The translations under genes and the position numbers were made by a program. Positions 57,124 through 64,000 of a DNA stretch of 64,000 nucleotides are shown piece after piece. Position 1 is the first letter of the stretch. The number at the start of each line of letters is the position of its first letter. The notes under the pieces are model-generated. The model was not told where the DNA came from and did no database searches. It was given only the letters and a program-made list of their open reading frames with translations. The stretch is from a virus (taxonomy: Duplodnaviria > Caudoviricetes): the IMG/VR virus record IMGVR_UViG_3300037424_000434, positions 128,001-192,000 of that record; one strand, given 5' to 3'.

Positions 57124-57597
57124 ATGGCGAGTCGATTTGAAGAAGCAACAAGTGATGTGGTAGCGCAAGTAAACGAGGTTGTTAGGACCAAGTTTCCCAG
57201 CCTCAGTGGATGTCTTATTGAGGTTGTGATGGACACAAAAAAGCGCAAATCGGGGGGTAAATATAGTCTAGTCAAGCTGGACAAGGCATCCCCTATCATC
57301 AAGCATATTTCGGCGGATAATACCAATGAGTTTGGTTTGGATTATATTTTATACATCGACCAGAAGGTATATAACGAGTTGAGCGAATCTGACCGTATCC
57401 GTCTCATTTCTCATGGTCTTTATCATTCTGACGTGGATTTTGAAAAAGAAAATCCATATGCTTGTCGTAAACCAACGGTACAGACGTTCTGCGAAGAAAT
57501 TCACGACAATGAGGACGACCCTCGTTGGGCGGAACGTCTTGATCTGATCGCGGAGGGTGTGTATGAGCGCGAGGCCGAAGCCAATGGGGAAGCATAA
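57124..57597 (+). CDS. Phage metallopeptidase-like protein with degenerate motif
   Basis: DYILYID...W/Y...RLISHGLYH pattern of putative phage metallopeptidases, with HExxH altered to HGLYH. Confidence 0.55.
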   Translation: MASRFEEATSDVVAQVNEVVRTKFPSLSGCLIEVVMDTKKRKSGGKYSLVKLDKASPIIKHISADNTNEFGLDYILYIDQKVYNELSESDRIRLISHGLYHSDVDFEKENPYACRKPTVQTFCEEIHDNEDDPRWAERLDLIAEGVYEREAEANGEA

Positions 57598-58045
57598 AGA
57601 CGACGAGGATGTTGAACGAGCAAAATACATGCTCACACCAGAAGACTTTGATGGGGGGTTCCATAACGTGGAACCTCCCGCAGAGTTCTATGCAGAAGAA
57701 GAGAAGAAAGCATCTGAAGCAGAAACCTTTATTGGTATGGATGACAGTTTCAACGGTATCCCACACAAAACTGACAGGGTACAAGTAGTATTTTCTCCCG
57801 AGGAGTTGGTGATTTTGACCCAAGTTTTGGAGAATTATTCCACCCATATAATAGGGGTGGAATATGTGTACGAAGAACTTGGATACGACGAAATATATCA
57901 ACACCAAACACTTGTACGCGGACTAAGAGATGTTGTCAATGACACATTAGAGCATTACATAAAAGTTAGACCCTATAGCCCTTTTATTGTTCCATGGGTT
58001 AATCGAATAGGTAAAGGAAAAATCCGCAACAAAGGGCAGAAATGA
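57584..58045 (+). CDS. Hypothetical protein
   Basis: Acidic ORF; start reassigned to MGKHKD. Confidence 0.55.
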   Translation: MGKHKDDEDVERAKYMLTPEDFDGGFHNVEPPAEFYAEEEKKASEAETFIGMDDSFNGIPHKTDRVQVVFSPEELVILTQVLENYSTHIIGVEYVYEELGYDEIYQHQTLVRGLRDVVNDTLEHYIKVRPYSPFIVPWVNRIGKGKIRNKGQK

Positions 58046-58254
58046 TGTTTGGTTGTAGATTTGGGTTTCATAAATTTGTGCCATATAGATACAACTGGGT
58101 AGAATATATGCCTACCCAGCAAAACCCTAGGTTCAGTAAAGAAGGGGCAGAGATTTTGTCGCATGTATATTGTACTGTGTGTGGTGAGATTCGGGAGGTG
58201 ATGAATGTTGAGGGAAAAATGGTTAAATACGTCAGACCTGCGAAGAGCGTTTGA
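58042..58254 (+). CDS. Small hypothetical protein, possible Zn ribbon
   Basis: CRFGFHKF...CTVCG; ATGA overlap with the upstream gene. Confidence 0.55.
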   Translation: MMFGCRFGFHKFVPYRYNWVEYMPTQQNPRFSKEGAEILSHVYCTVCGEIREVMNVEGKMVKYVRPAKSV

Positions 58255-58777
58255 GTATGCAAACGCAACAGGGAAGGGGTTTTCGCGAATATTGTTTTTG
58301 TGTCCTAAAGGCTCAGGAAAGACTACCGCTTTGTTTGAAATTTTTTTACAAACCCCTGACTCGGTGTTTCTTACACCCTATGGAAGTCATTTAAATCATT
58401 TACGTCAGCGGGCTGATAGAATAGAATATGGCCGAGGATCTAACCTGAAACCAATGTATGATATATTACCGTTCACCAATACAAGTCCTTTGGGTAGGGG
58501 ACATAGACCGATTTCCTGTGTGTTTATAGATGATTTGGATCGATGTATACATTCTTTTATAGCGTCGTATCAACACCTAGTATCCAATATAACATCAACC
58601 AACAGTTCCAGACGGGGTATAATGGCAACCATGACTCCCAGAGAAGACAGGAACATAAACTATCAGGGGTTTTTTGACTATATCAAGCGCCCCTTTTCCC
58701 CTGATCAAGATTCGTCCATTGACAAAAAGGATTTTTACAGAACAGACCATTTTGAGGGAGACTTGTTTAAAGTATGA
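58205..58777 (+). CDS. Small P-loop NTPase-like protein
   Basis: Walker A-like CPKGSGKTT and Walker B-like CVFIDD. Confidence 0.55.
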   Translation: MLREKWLNTSDLRRAFEYANATGKGFSRILFLCPKGSGKTTALFEIFLQTPDSVFLTPYGSHLNHLRQRADRIEYGRGSNLKPMYDILPFTNTSPLGRGHRPISCVFIDDLDRCIHSFIASYQHLVSNITSTNSSRRGIMATMTPREDRNINYQGFFDYIKRPFSPDQDSSIDKKDFYRTDHFEGDLFKV

Positions 58778-59160
58778 ACGATAAAAGAACAGATGGGGTG
58801 GATTATGAATATAATGTTCCACCCAACAAGTCCGAGGATACACTAACAGCGTCTTGTATTAGCTACTTACGGGACAAAGGATTGACCGTATACAAAGCAA
58901 CCAATCCTTTAGTTATATACGAAGACAGAATTATCAACATGCAGACCTTTTTGATGTTGCGTGGTGATATAAACGAGGCTATGGATGAGGTGTATGAGAA
59001 AATTGTAATCAAAAATCCAAAAATAGTGTTGGTCCATTCAGTCAAACAAACATATAATTTTATATCAAAAGATGTTGCTGTGAAATCAAATCTGTCTTTT
59101 GATGATTCCTGTGTGGATGAATATAGATATATTAGATATGGAGTAATTGAAAATGAGTAA
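58774..59160 (+). CDS. Hypothetical protein
   Basis: 128 aa, ATGA overlap. Confidence 0.6.
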   Translation: MNDKRTDGVDYEYNVPPNKSEDTLTASCISYLRDKGLTVYKATNPLVIYEDRIINMQTFLMLRGDINEAMDEVYEKIVIKNPKIVLVHSVKQTYNFISKDVAVKSNLSFDDSCVDEYRYIRYGVIENE

Positions 59161-59662
59161 ACCATTAACAGAAGGATCAACTATGGGTGGAATGTCACCA
59201 AAGAAACAAGATAGTGCATTTTCAATGCGACCACCTATGCCACGACTAATGACCCCAAAAACGAAAATGTCATTGCGCGAACAAGATTGGTTGGAATTCT
59301 CTGATCGTGTAGCCAAACATTTGAGAGAATACACCGTTCCTCAATATGGAGATAAGCCCGATGACGAAATATCAAGATATTCGGTGGAGGTTTGTGTTGA
59401 AGCTGTTGCGAAATATGCAAAACGTTACGACAAGCAAAGCAGACAGGGACAACAGGAGCTGGATTTTGTGAAAATGGCACATTATGCTCAATGTGCATGG
59501 GAGAAGTACAACAAAATCCCGGTAATACACGCTGCATATAAACTAATCCCGTATGACACAAAATGGACAGAAGAGGATGTAGCAAAGAATAGTGGTATGG
59601 AATATATCGGAAAGTTCACCTTCAACGGTGCGGTAAAATATGTATACAAGGAGTTAGTATGA
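59153..59662 (+). CDS. Conserved-looking phage hypothetical protein
   Basis: YTVPQYGDKPDD...DFVKMAHYAQ motif, reminiscent of DUF3310-like helical phage proteins. Confidence 0.55.
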   Translation: MSKPLTEGSTMGGMSPKKQDSAFSMRPPMPRLMTPKTKMSLREQDWLEFSDRVAKHLREYTVPQYGDKPDDEISRYSVEVCVEAVAKYAKRYDKQSRQGQQELDFVKMAHYAQCAWEKYNKIPVIHAAYKLIPYDTKWTEEDVAKNSGMEYIGKFTFNGAVKYVYKELV

Positions 59663-60015
59663 GCGAAAGCGAGAGTCAATTTCAAAAATTTTTAGAAGAA
59701 GACCTAATTGAAGAAGTTGTATTTGAAATGGTCAATGAAAATCCCAGTAATCATGGGAAGGGATTTCGAACATATAAAATCACCCCATACTGGAAACCAG
59801 ACATGGCCCCAGAAGGGTTTTCGGATTTTTATTTTGAGACAGATATATACTGGTCGCCCTTTGAAACCGAATATTTTGATCAACTGGATCATTATACTCA
59901 TGGCGCGGCCTATGCTTTTATTGGATATGATCACGACGAGGAGGTCAAAAAGTTCGAAATCGATTGTAAAAAAGTATATGATGAGGAAATTTCGCCCATA
60001 TCCGGCGACGAATAG
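59659..60015 (+). CDS. Hypothetical acidic protein
   Basis: 118 aa, AGGAG RBS, ATGA overlap. Confidence 0.65.
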   Translation: MSESESQFQKFLEEDLIEEVVFEMVNENPSNHGKGFRTYKITPYWKPDMAPEGFSDFYFETDIYWSPFETEYFDQLDHYTHGAAYAFIGYDHDEEVKKFEIDCKKVYDEEISPISGDE

Positions 60016-60034
60016 AGGATTGTAAAATATATAA

Positions 60035-60086
60035 TATAAATACTTGGGAATAGTTGGTTTACAAATGTGTTAATATTTATTATAAT
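60035..60086 (+). promoter_or_regulatory. Tandem late (TATAAATA) and sigma70-type (TTTACA-17-TATAAT) promoters for uvsX
   Basis: TATAAATA at 60035-60042; TTTACA at 60058-60063; TATAAT at 60081-60086. Confidence 0.7.
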
Positions 60087-60110
60087 AAGTAAAAAAATGT
60101 GAGGTAGAAT

Positions 60111-61220
60111 ATGTCCAATACGTTTGATTTAATTAAAGAAAAACTGGAAAAGGCGGCAAAAGGCGATAGGATGATGATTCTAAGTGAATCAGAAAATGCC
60201 GCGCCGATAGTGTATATACCAACAGAAGCATACGACCTGAACAGAATCCTGTCAGGCTCATTGTACCACGGGGTTGCAAGTCGAACCCATACCCTATTAG
60301 TGGGACCAGAAGCATCTGGTAAATCTTCCTTTATGTGTCTTAATCTCGCAGCCGCCCAAAAAATGGGTTATACCCCCGTTGTTATTGATGCCGAGGGAGC
60401 ATGGACAAAAAAGTTCTGTGAACGATGGGGTATTGATACCACAAGAGCGTTTATAATTTCTACTCCATGGGTAGAAGAAATTATGATAGAGCTTGCTAAG
60501 ATCATTGATGAGGGTTGGACTAGATTGGCTATTGCGTTTGATTCCATTGGTGCGGTTGAGTCACTTAAGATGATCGACGATGTTACCGGCAAGGGGAAGC
60601 GGGGAGAAGTTGTTGCCGATCAGGGAGGGTTGCAGAAGAAAATCAAACGTCTTATGAAAATGTTGGTTGATATCACCAAGCGCCAAGACTCTGTTTCTTA
60701 TTCTGCTGGACATTACTATGGTAACCCAACAGGATATGGAGAACCAGAAAAGATCGGTGGGGGATTTTACCCGAGACTCGCCGCAGATTACATCATAACT
60801 CTGAAAAAAGCTCTTATCCACGAAAACCCCACAGCAAAAACTGCGGCAGAAAAAGGGGATGTCGTTGGTACCAGAATATATGCTGCAACGATAAAAAATA
60901 GATACGCACCACCCTTTCAGGAGGCAGTGTTTGAAATCTCATATCATAATGGTGTACAACGATTGGCTGGTATCATTGATGTAGCCAAAGAAATGGGTAT
61001 TATTGATCAATCAGGCGCATGGTATACAGTTCCATGTCTGGGGATAAAATCCCAAGGCCAAGGTAACCTAGAAAAAGACCTCGAAAATGTTGATATCCAA
61101 CCCCTGTTTGATGAGATTGAAAAAATTCTGGAAGGTAGAGGATACAGCAGTGCTAAAGATGAATTGAAGGTTTTGGCTGATGTTGTTGATGGGGTGACAC
61201 CCACAGAAGTGCTATCATGA
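60111..61220 (+). CDS. uvsX: RecA-like recombinase
   Basis: LNRILSGS, Walker A GPEASGKS, IDAEG, FDSIG, IGGG, KNRYAPPF, QSGAWY motifs. Confidence 0.9.
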   Translation: MSNTFDLIKEKLEKAAKGDRMMILSESENAAPIVYIPTEAYDLNRILSGSLYHGVASRTHTLLVGPEASGKSSFMCLNLAAAQKMGYTPVVIDAEGAWTKKFCERWGIDTTRAFIISTPWVEEIMIELAKIIDEGWTRLAIAFDSIGAVESLKMIDDVTGKGKRGEVVADQGGLQKKIKRLMKMLVDITKRQDSVSYSAGHYYGNPTGYGEPEKIGGGFYPRLAADYIITLKKALIHENPTAKTAAEKGDVVGTRIYAATIKNRYAPPFQEAVFEISYHNGVQRLAGIIDVAKEMGIIDQSGAWYTVPCLGIKSQGQGNLEKDLENVDIQPLFDEIEKILEGRGYSSAKDELKVLADVVDGVTPTEVLS

Positions 61221-61402
61221 CCTCAGAAGAAAGAAGTGATGCACTTGAGTTGATAGCTCGGCGGTTAGAATCAAAAAATAGATCAAAGAAATCTGAAGAG
61301 GTTCTTCGTGAATTGTATGAACTTGTCGATGATTATAATGCTTTTATACGAGATATGGACGTGAGATTCGACAAGATATTGATACGGGTGGAGAATCTAT
61401 GA
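61217..61402 (+). CDS. Small hypothetical coiled-coil protein
   Basis: 61 aa, ATGA overlaps at both ends. Confidence 0.6.
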   Translation: MTSEERSDALELIARRLESKNRSKKSEEVLRELYELVDDYNAFIRDMDVRFDKILIRVENL

Positions 61403-61626
61403 ACATACAAGAATTTCGATTACTACCACAATATAAGGATATGTCGCGAACCAATGGTTTAAAAGTAGGTGATAAATTCCTGACTGGCGCAAGAGTATTA
61501 AACCAAGTTGACAGCAAACACGTCAATGACATGATTACATACTATGTTGTGATACAAGTTCAAACAAATGGTAATATTAGTTATAAACAAGAGATGGAGA
61601 GATTAACCGGACAAGAGGAGGAGTAA
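61399..61626 (+). CDS. Small hypothetical protein
   Basis: 75 aa, GGAG RBS. Confidence 0.6.
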   Translation: MNIQEFRLLPQYKDMSRTNGLKVGDKFLTGARVLNQVDSKHVNDMITYYVVIQVQTNGNISYKQEMERLTGQEEE

Positions 61627-61630
61627 CTAG

Positions 61631-61960
61631 ATGGTGGCAATACAGGTGTTTGTAATAAGTTATGAAACAAAGGTTTCGACGTTCAAGGCGTATTTGTTGG
61701 CAGAGTCAAAAGCGGATGCAATGTCTTATCTTAAAGCAGAGATGGGAGACCAAGAGGGATTTAGAATCAACAATTTTGAGTCCCGAGAAGAAATACACGC
61801 AATCACTACTCAAGTATTAGACAAGATTCGTGGACCAAAACAGGAAGCAAAAGTTGTGGAGAATGTTAAGTTGCTTTGCCCGTGGTGTGAGTCAACCGAT
61901 TATTTGTCGAATCATGCATTAAAGATGCATATAGTTAAAGCACACAAAAAGGAGAAGTAA
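61631..61960 (+). CDS. Hypothetical protein with C-terminal C2H2 zinc finger
   Basis: CPWC-x9-L-x2-H-x4-H (CPWCESTDYLSNHALKMHIVKAH). Confidence 0.7.
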   Translation: MVAIQVFVISYETKVSTFKAYLLAESKADAMSYLKAEMGDQEGFRINNFESREEIHAITTQVLDKIRGPKQEAKVVENVKLLCPWCESTDYLSNHALKMHIVKAHKKEK

Positions 61961-62037
61961 TGGAACCGGGACGGGTTGATATTGGGAACTTGCCGAAAAA
62001 CAAAGCAGAAGAATATATCAAAAAAGGATTATATTGA
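61960..62037 (+). CDS. 25-aa micro-ORF with a T4 gp20 portal-like motif
   Basis: MEPGRVDIGNLPKNKAEEYIKKGLY; AAGGAG RBS; TAATG overlap upstream and TGATG overlap downstream. Not in the supplied ORF track. Confidence 0.65.
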   Translation: MEPGRVDIGNLPKNKAEEYIKKGLY

Positions 62038-62888
62038 TGAAGATATCCGTTAATAACATTGATTCCTTGTTGAGAGTTGAACTTAGCAAAATTGCTAGTA
62101 TTGTCGATATTGATGATGCTAGCAATGGTCTTTTTCTTATATGGACCAATGCAGACGAAAAGGAGATGTTTGACAGGCAGACCCACCTGATCACAACTGC
62201 TATCAACAAAAAGATGCCTATCATTATTTTTGACAAATATCAAACCATGGACCCGGATGAAATATCGTTTATGATGAAGTCAGGGGTTTTTCTGTGGGAA
62301 CCTGCTGTGGCTGATAGGATGTTCTTTTCATTTCAGCCTGTTTGGGGTAGGTTGCGGTTAACACCCCAAGACATTCCATGGGACTTTGATTCGGAAAAAA
62401 GACCCATAGATCTCGCGTATATGTCATCGATGATACAAAAAATGCCCACGTTCAAAAAATACTTCGCTCCCATCGCAGAGATTGGCGAATTTAGAGTTTA
62501 CTATTTCGACAAGATTGGGAGCGAGAACATTAACAGAAAGATAGAAGAAATCGGTGTTACAGTGGGGCCTCAGACCAATATCAACAAAACAAAAATGACG
62601 CTTTTACTGGGAACCGATCAAGATTATAGAGTTGGCAGACTTGACCCCAAATTATTTGAGTATCTTGAGGCTGGTATAGTTCCAATGTTACCCGTGGAGC
62701 ATAGATGGTATCATAGTGTTTTTAGAGATTTGACCGTTGATGGCGAAGATCAAATCGAATATTTTCTCCGAACAGTTGACAGGATAGGCTTTGGGTCAGT
62801 CTATGAGATATACCAGAACATCAACGACAACTTACCCGAAGCGGATGTGATTAATGTGGCAAAGAGAATAAAGACCTTTTTTGAATAA
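62037..62888 (+). CDS. Putative GT-B glycosyltransferase (T4 beta-glucosyltransferase-like C-terminal half)
   Basis: RPIDLAY...TLLLGTDQDY...RLDPKLFEYLEAGIVPML resembles the GT-B nucleotide-sugar-binding region. Confidence 0.5.
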   Translation: MKISVNNIDSLLRVELSKIASIVDIDDASNGLFLIWTNADEKEMFDRQTHLITTAINKKMPIIIFDKYQTMDPDEISFMMKSGVFLWEPAVADRMFFSFQPVWGRLRLTPQDIPWDFDSEKRPIDLAYMSSMIQKMPTFKKYFAPIAEIGEFRVYYFDKIGSENINRKIEEIGVTVGPQTNINKTKMTLLLGTDQDYRVGRLDPKLFEYLEAGIVPMLPVEHRWYHSVFRDLTVDGEDQIEYFLRTVDRIGFGSVYEIYQNINDNLPEADVINVAKRIKTFFE

Positions 62889-62891
62889 AAC

Positions 62892-62919
62892 AAAAGCCCC
62901 TAGAAGATTAGGGGCTTTT
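62892..62919. terminator. Bidirectional Rho-independent terminator
   Basis: AAAAGCCCCTA-gaagat-TAGGGGCTTTT. Confidence 0.85.
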
Positions 62920-62967
62920 AATTTGATAACCTAAATACCTAAAATCAAAAGATTTTTCGCTTTTTTG

Positions 62968-62996
62968 TTTACATCAAAGACAAAGTATGTCATGCT
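62968..62996 (+). promoter_or_regulatory. Putative sigma70-type (early) promoter
   Basis: TTTACA-17 nt-CATGCT with a TGn extension, directly after the terminator. Confidence 0.5.
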
Positions 62997-63037
62997 TGTA
63001 TATGTTACAATTGCGAATAAAAGGAAAAGGTGATTTT

Positions 63038-63346
63038 ATGGAATTTAAGTACACGGACAAAGGCACGTGTTTGATTGAGATAAACACGAGTGTGTATATG
63101 TCGTTCGGTGATGCAGAAGAAATTCGATTTGTCCATGTTAAGTATTCAACTCCCCACACTTCGATATCACGGATGTTTCCTATACCGCTATCAAAACTAC
63201 CAAAGGACTGTACCACATCTTTTGGCAAAAAGAACATCAAACAGATTAGAGAGCTATTGCAAAAATTTTCTGTTGGCGGTACTCTGGACAGAAAACATCT
63301 AAAGAAAATCGGAGACGCTATAAATCGTGCAGAAAAAAGTAAATGA
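63038..63346 (+). CDS. Hypothetical basic protein
   Basis: 102 aa from the ATG after AAGGTGA. Confidence 0.6.
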   Translation: MEFKYTDKGTCLIEINTSVYMSFGDAEEIRFVHVKYSTPHTSISRMFPIPLSKLPKDCTTSFGKKNIKQIRELLQKFSVGGTLDRKHLKKIGDAINRAEKSK

Positions 63347-63560
63347 TTGTTTGTATATCAGACCCTCCATTGAAAGCATTGACCTTGCAAAAGAAATATG
63401 CGACACTCACCTATTTCTCACAACACATATCACAATGTTGAGTGTGAGAAATTTCCTAGTAATCATGCATGACCCAAACCATAGATGTTTTGTTTGTAAA
63501 CAGATCCATACCGCAAACAAAACAGAAAAAATTCTTTTTTAAAGTAACCTGTATTTTTTG

Positions 63561-63589
63561 TTGACAGGGCAGGATTTTGGTGTTATGGT
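63561..63589 (+). promoter_or_regulatory. Strong sigma70-type early promoter
   Basis: TTGACA-17 nt-TATGGT with a TGn extended -10 and an upstream T-tract. Confidence 0.75.
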
Positions 63590-63629
63590 GTAGTTGTGGT
63601 TAACGAAATCCCAAACAAAAGGACAAAAA

Positions 63630-63761
63630 ATGAAAGCATTTTCTGGTGAACTTGGCCAAGGTCGCAAGGTCTCTTCTGAGTATGAAAAAGAATTAGCTCT
63701 TATCAAAGAGATGAAAGCTAAAGGGGAAACCCCCTACAGAAACCTTGTTCACGTGGTCTAA
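63630..63761 (+). CDS. 43-aa hypothetical protein
   Basis: [43 protein letters not shown]; AAGGA RBS; first ORF after the promoter. Confidence 0.55.
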   Translation: MKAFSGELGQGRKVSSEYEKELALIKEMKAKGETPYRNLVHVV

Positions 63762-63776
63762 GAAAGGACTAATGTA

Positions 63777-64000
63777 ATGAATCGTTGGAACACAAATAAC
63801 ATGCAGGTGTCGCGTCCAGAACCTTTTCGGGTTGAAGTTCTCGATGAAGAAATGGATACCAAGGTCATTAATGATTTTCTCTTAAAGTTTGGTCGTGATC
63901 TGGTAGCAGAAGCCCGACAAGGAAACCAAGATCCGGTTATCGGGCGTGATGATGAGATTCGCCGGGTAGTTCGTATTCTGTCACGAAAAACAAAAAACAA
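63777..64000 (+). CDS. clpB: ClpB-like AAA+ chaperone, 5' part (runs off the window), lacking the Clp N-domain
   Basis: Translation ...[41 protein letters not shown] is the start of Clp/Hsp100 NBD1. AAAGGA RBS. Not in the supplied ORF track. Confidence 0.85.
   Translation, partial: MNRWNTNNMQVSRPEPFRVEVLDEEMDTKVINDFLLKFGRDLVAEARQGNQDPVIGRDDEIRRVVRILSRKTKN

Noticed and set aside
60111-61220. Intein in the UvsX Walker A region
   Set aside because: The sequence is continuous with RecA-family motifs at normal length; no Cys...His-Asn insertion.
63327-63542. 71-aa ORF (or the alternative 32-aa ORF from ATG 63343)
   Set aside because: No clear RBS or motif and two competing frames; cannot be supported as a gene.
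360-64000. Numerous minus-strand and nested ORFs in the six-frame track (e.g. 14129..14542, 25304..25867, 34920..35504, 50876..51436, 63758..64000)
   Set aside because: They are shadows of long + strand genes with recognisable motifs. They lack RBSs or family motifs, and the last is antisense to the ClpB-like ORF.
1-64000. tRNA or rRNA genes
   Set aside because: Intergenic gaps are short, and none shows a cloverleaf with T-loop/D-loop consensus by eye. tRNAscan was not run.

Overview
This window is a 64 kb piece of a large T4-like myophage genome, with all credible genes on the + strand. It runs in this order: (1) about 20 kb of tail-fibre and lectin (LamG, FG-GAP) adhesion genes; (2) a tail/baseplate module with gp15, gp3, gp18, gp19, gp26, gp51, gp29-like, gp48-like, gp53, gp27-like, gp5, gp5.4, gp25, gp6 and gp7-like, where two Hef-like endonuclease genes bracket the sheath gene; (3) the late sigma factor gp55, which carries a perfect 15-bp tandem repeat; (4) recombination genes gp47, gp46 and uvsX with small accessory ORFs; (5) the start of a ClpB-like gene at the right edge. 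The most striking feature is a fractured gp46 (SbcC/Rad50-like) gene. It is split inside its Walker A motif by an atypically split intein (26-aa N-fragment, 122-aa C-fragment), with a free-standing endonuclease gene between the two halves. Other candidates are a 25-aa micro-ORF resembling the gp20 portal motif, a G8-tract frameshift in a SLOG-family gene, a promoter/hairpin switch over the gp47 ribosome-binding site, a C-terminal motif shared by unrelated small proteins, and near-identical modules shuffled between fibre genes. Family calls come from motif recognition by eye; no database searches were run.
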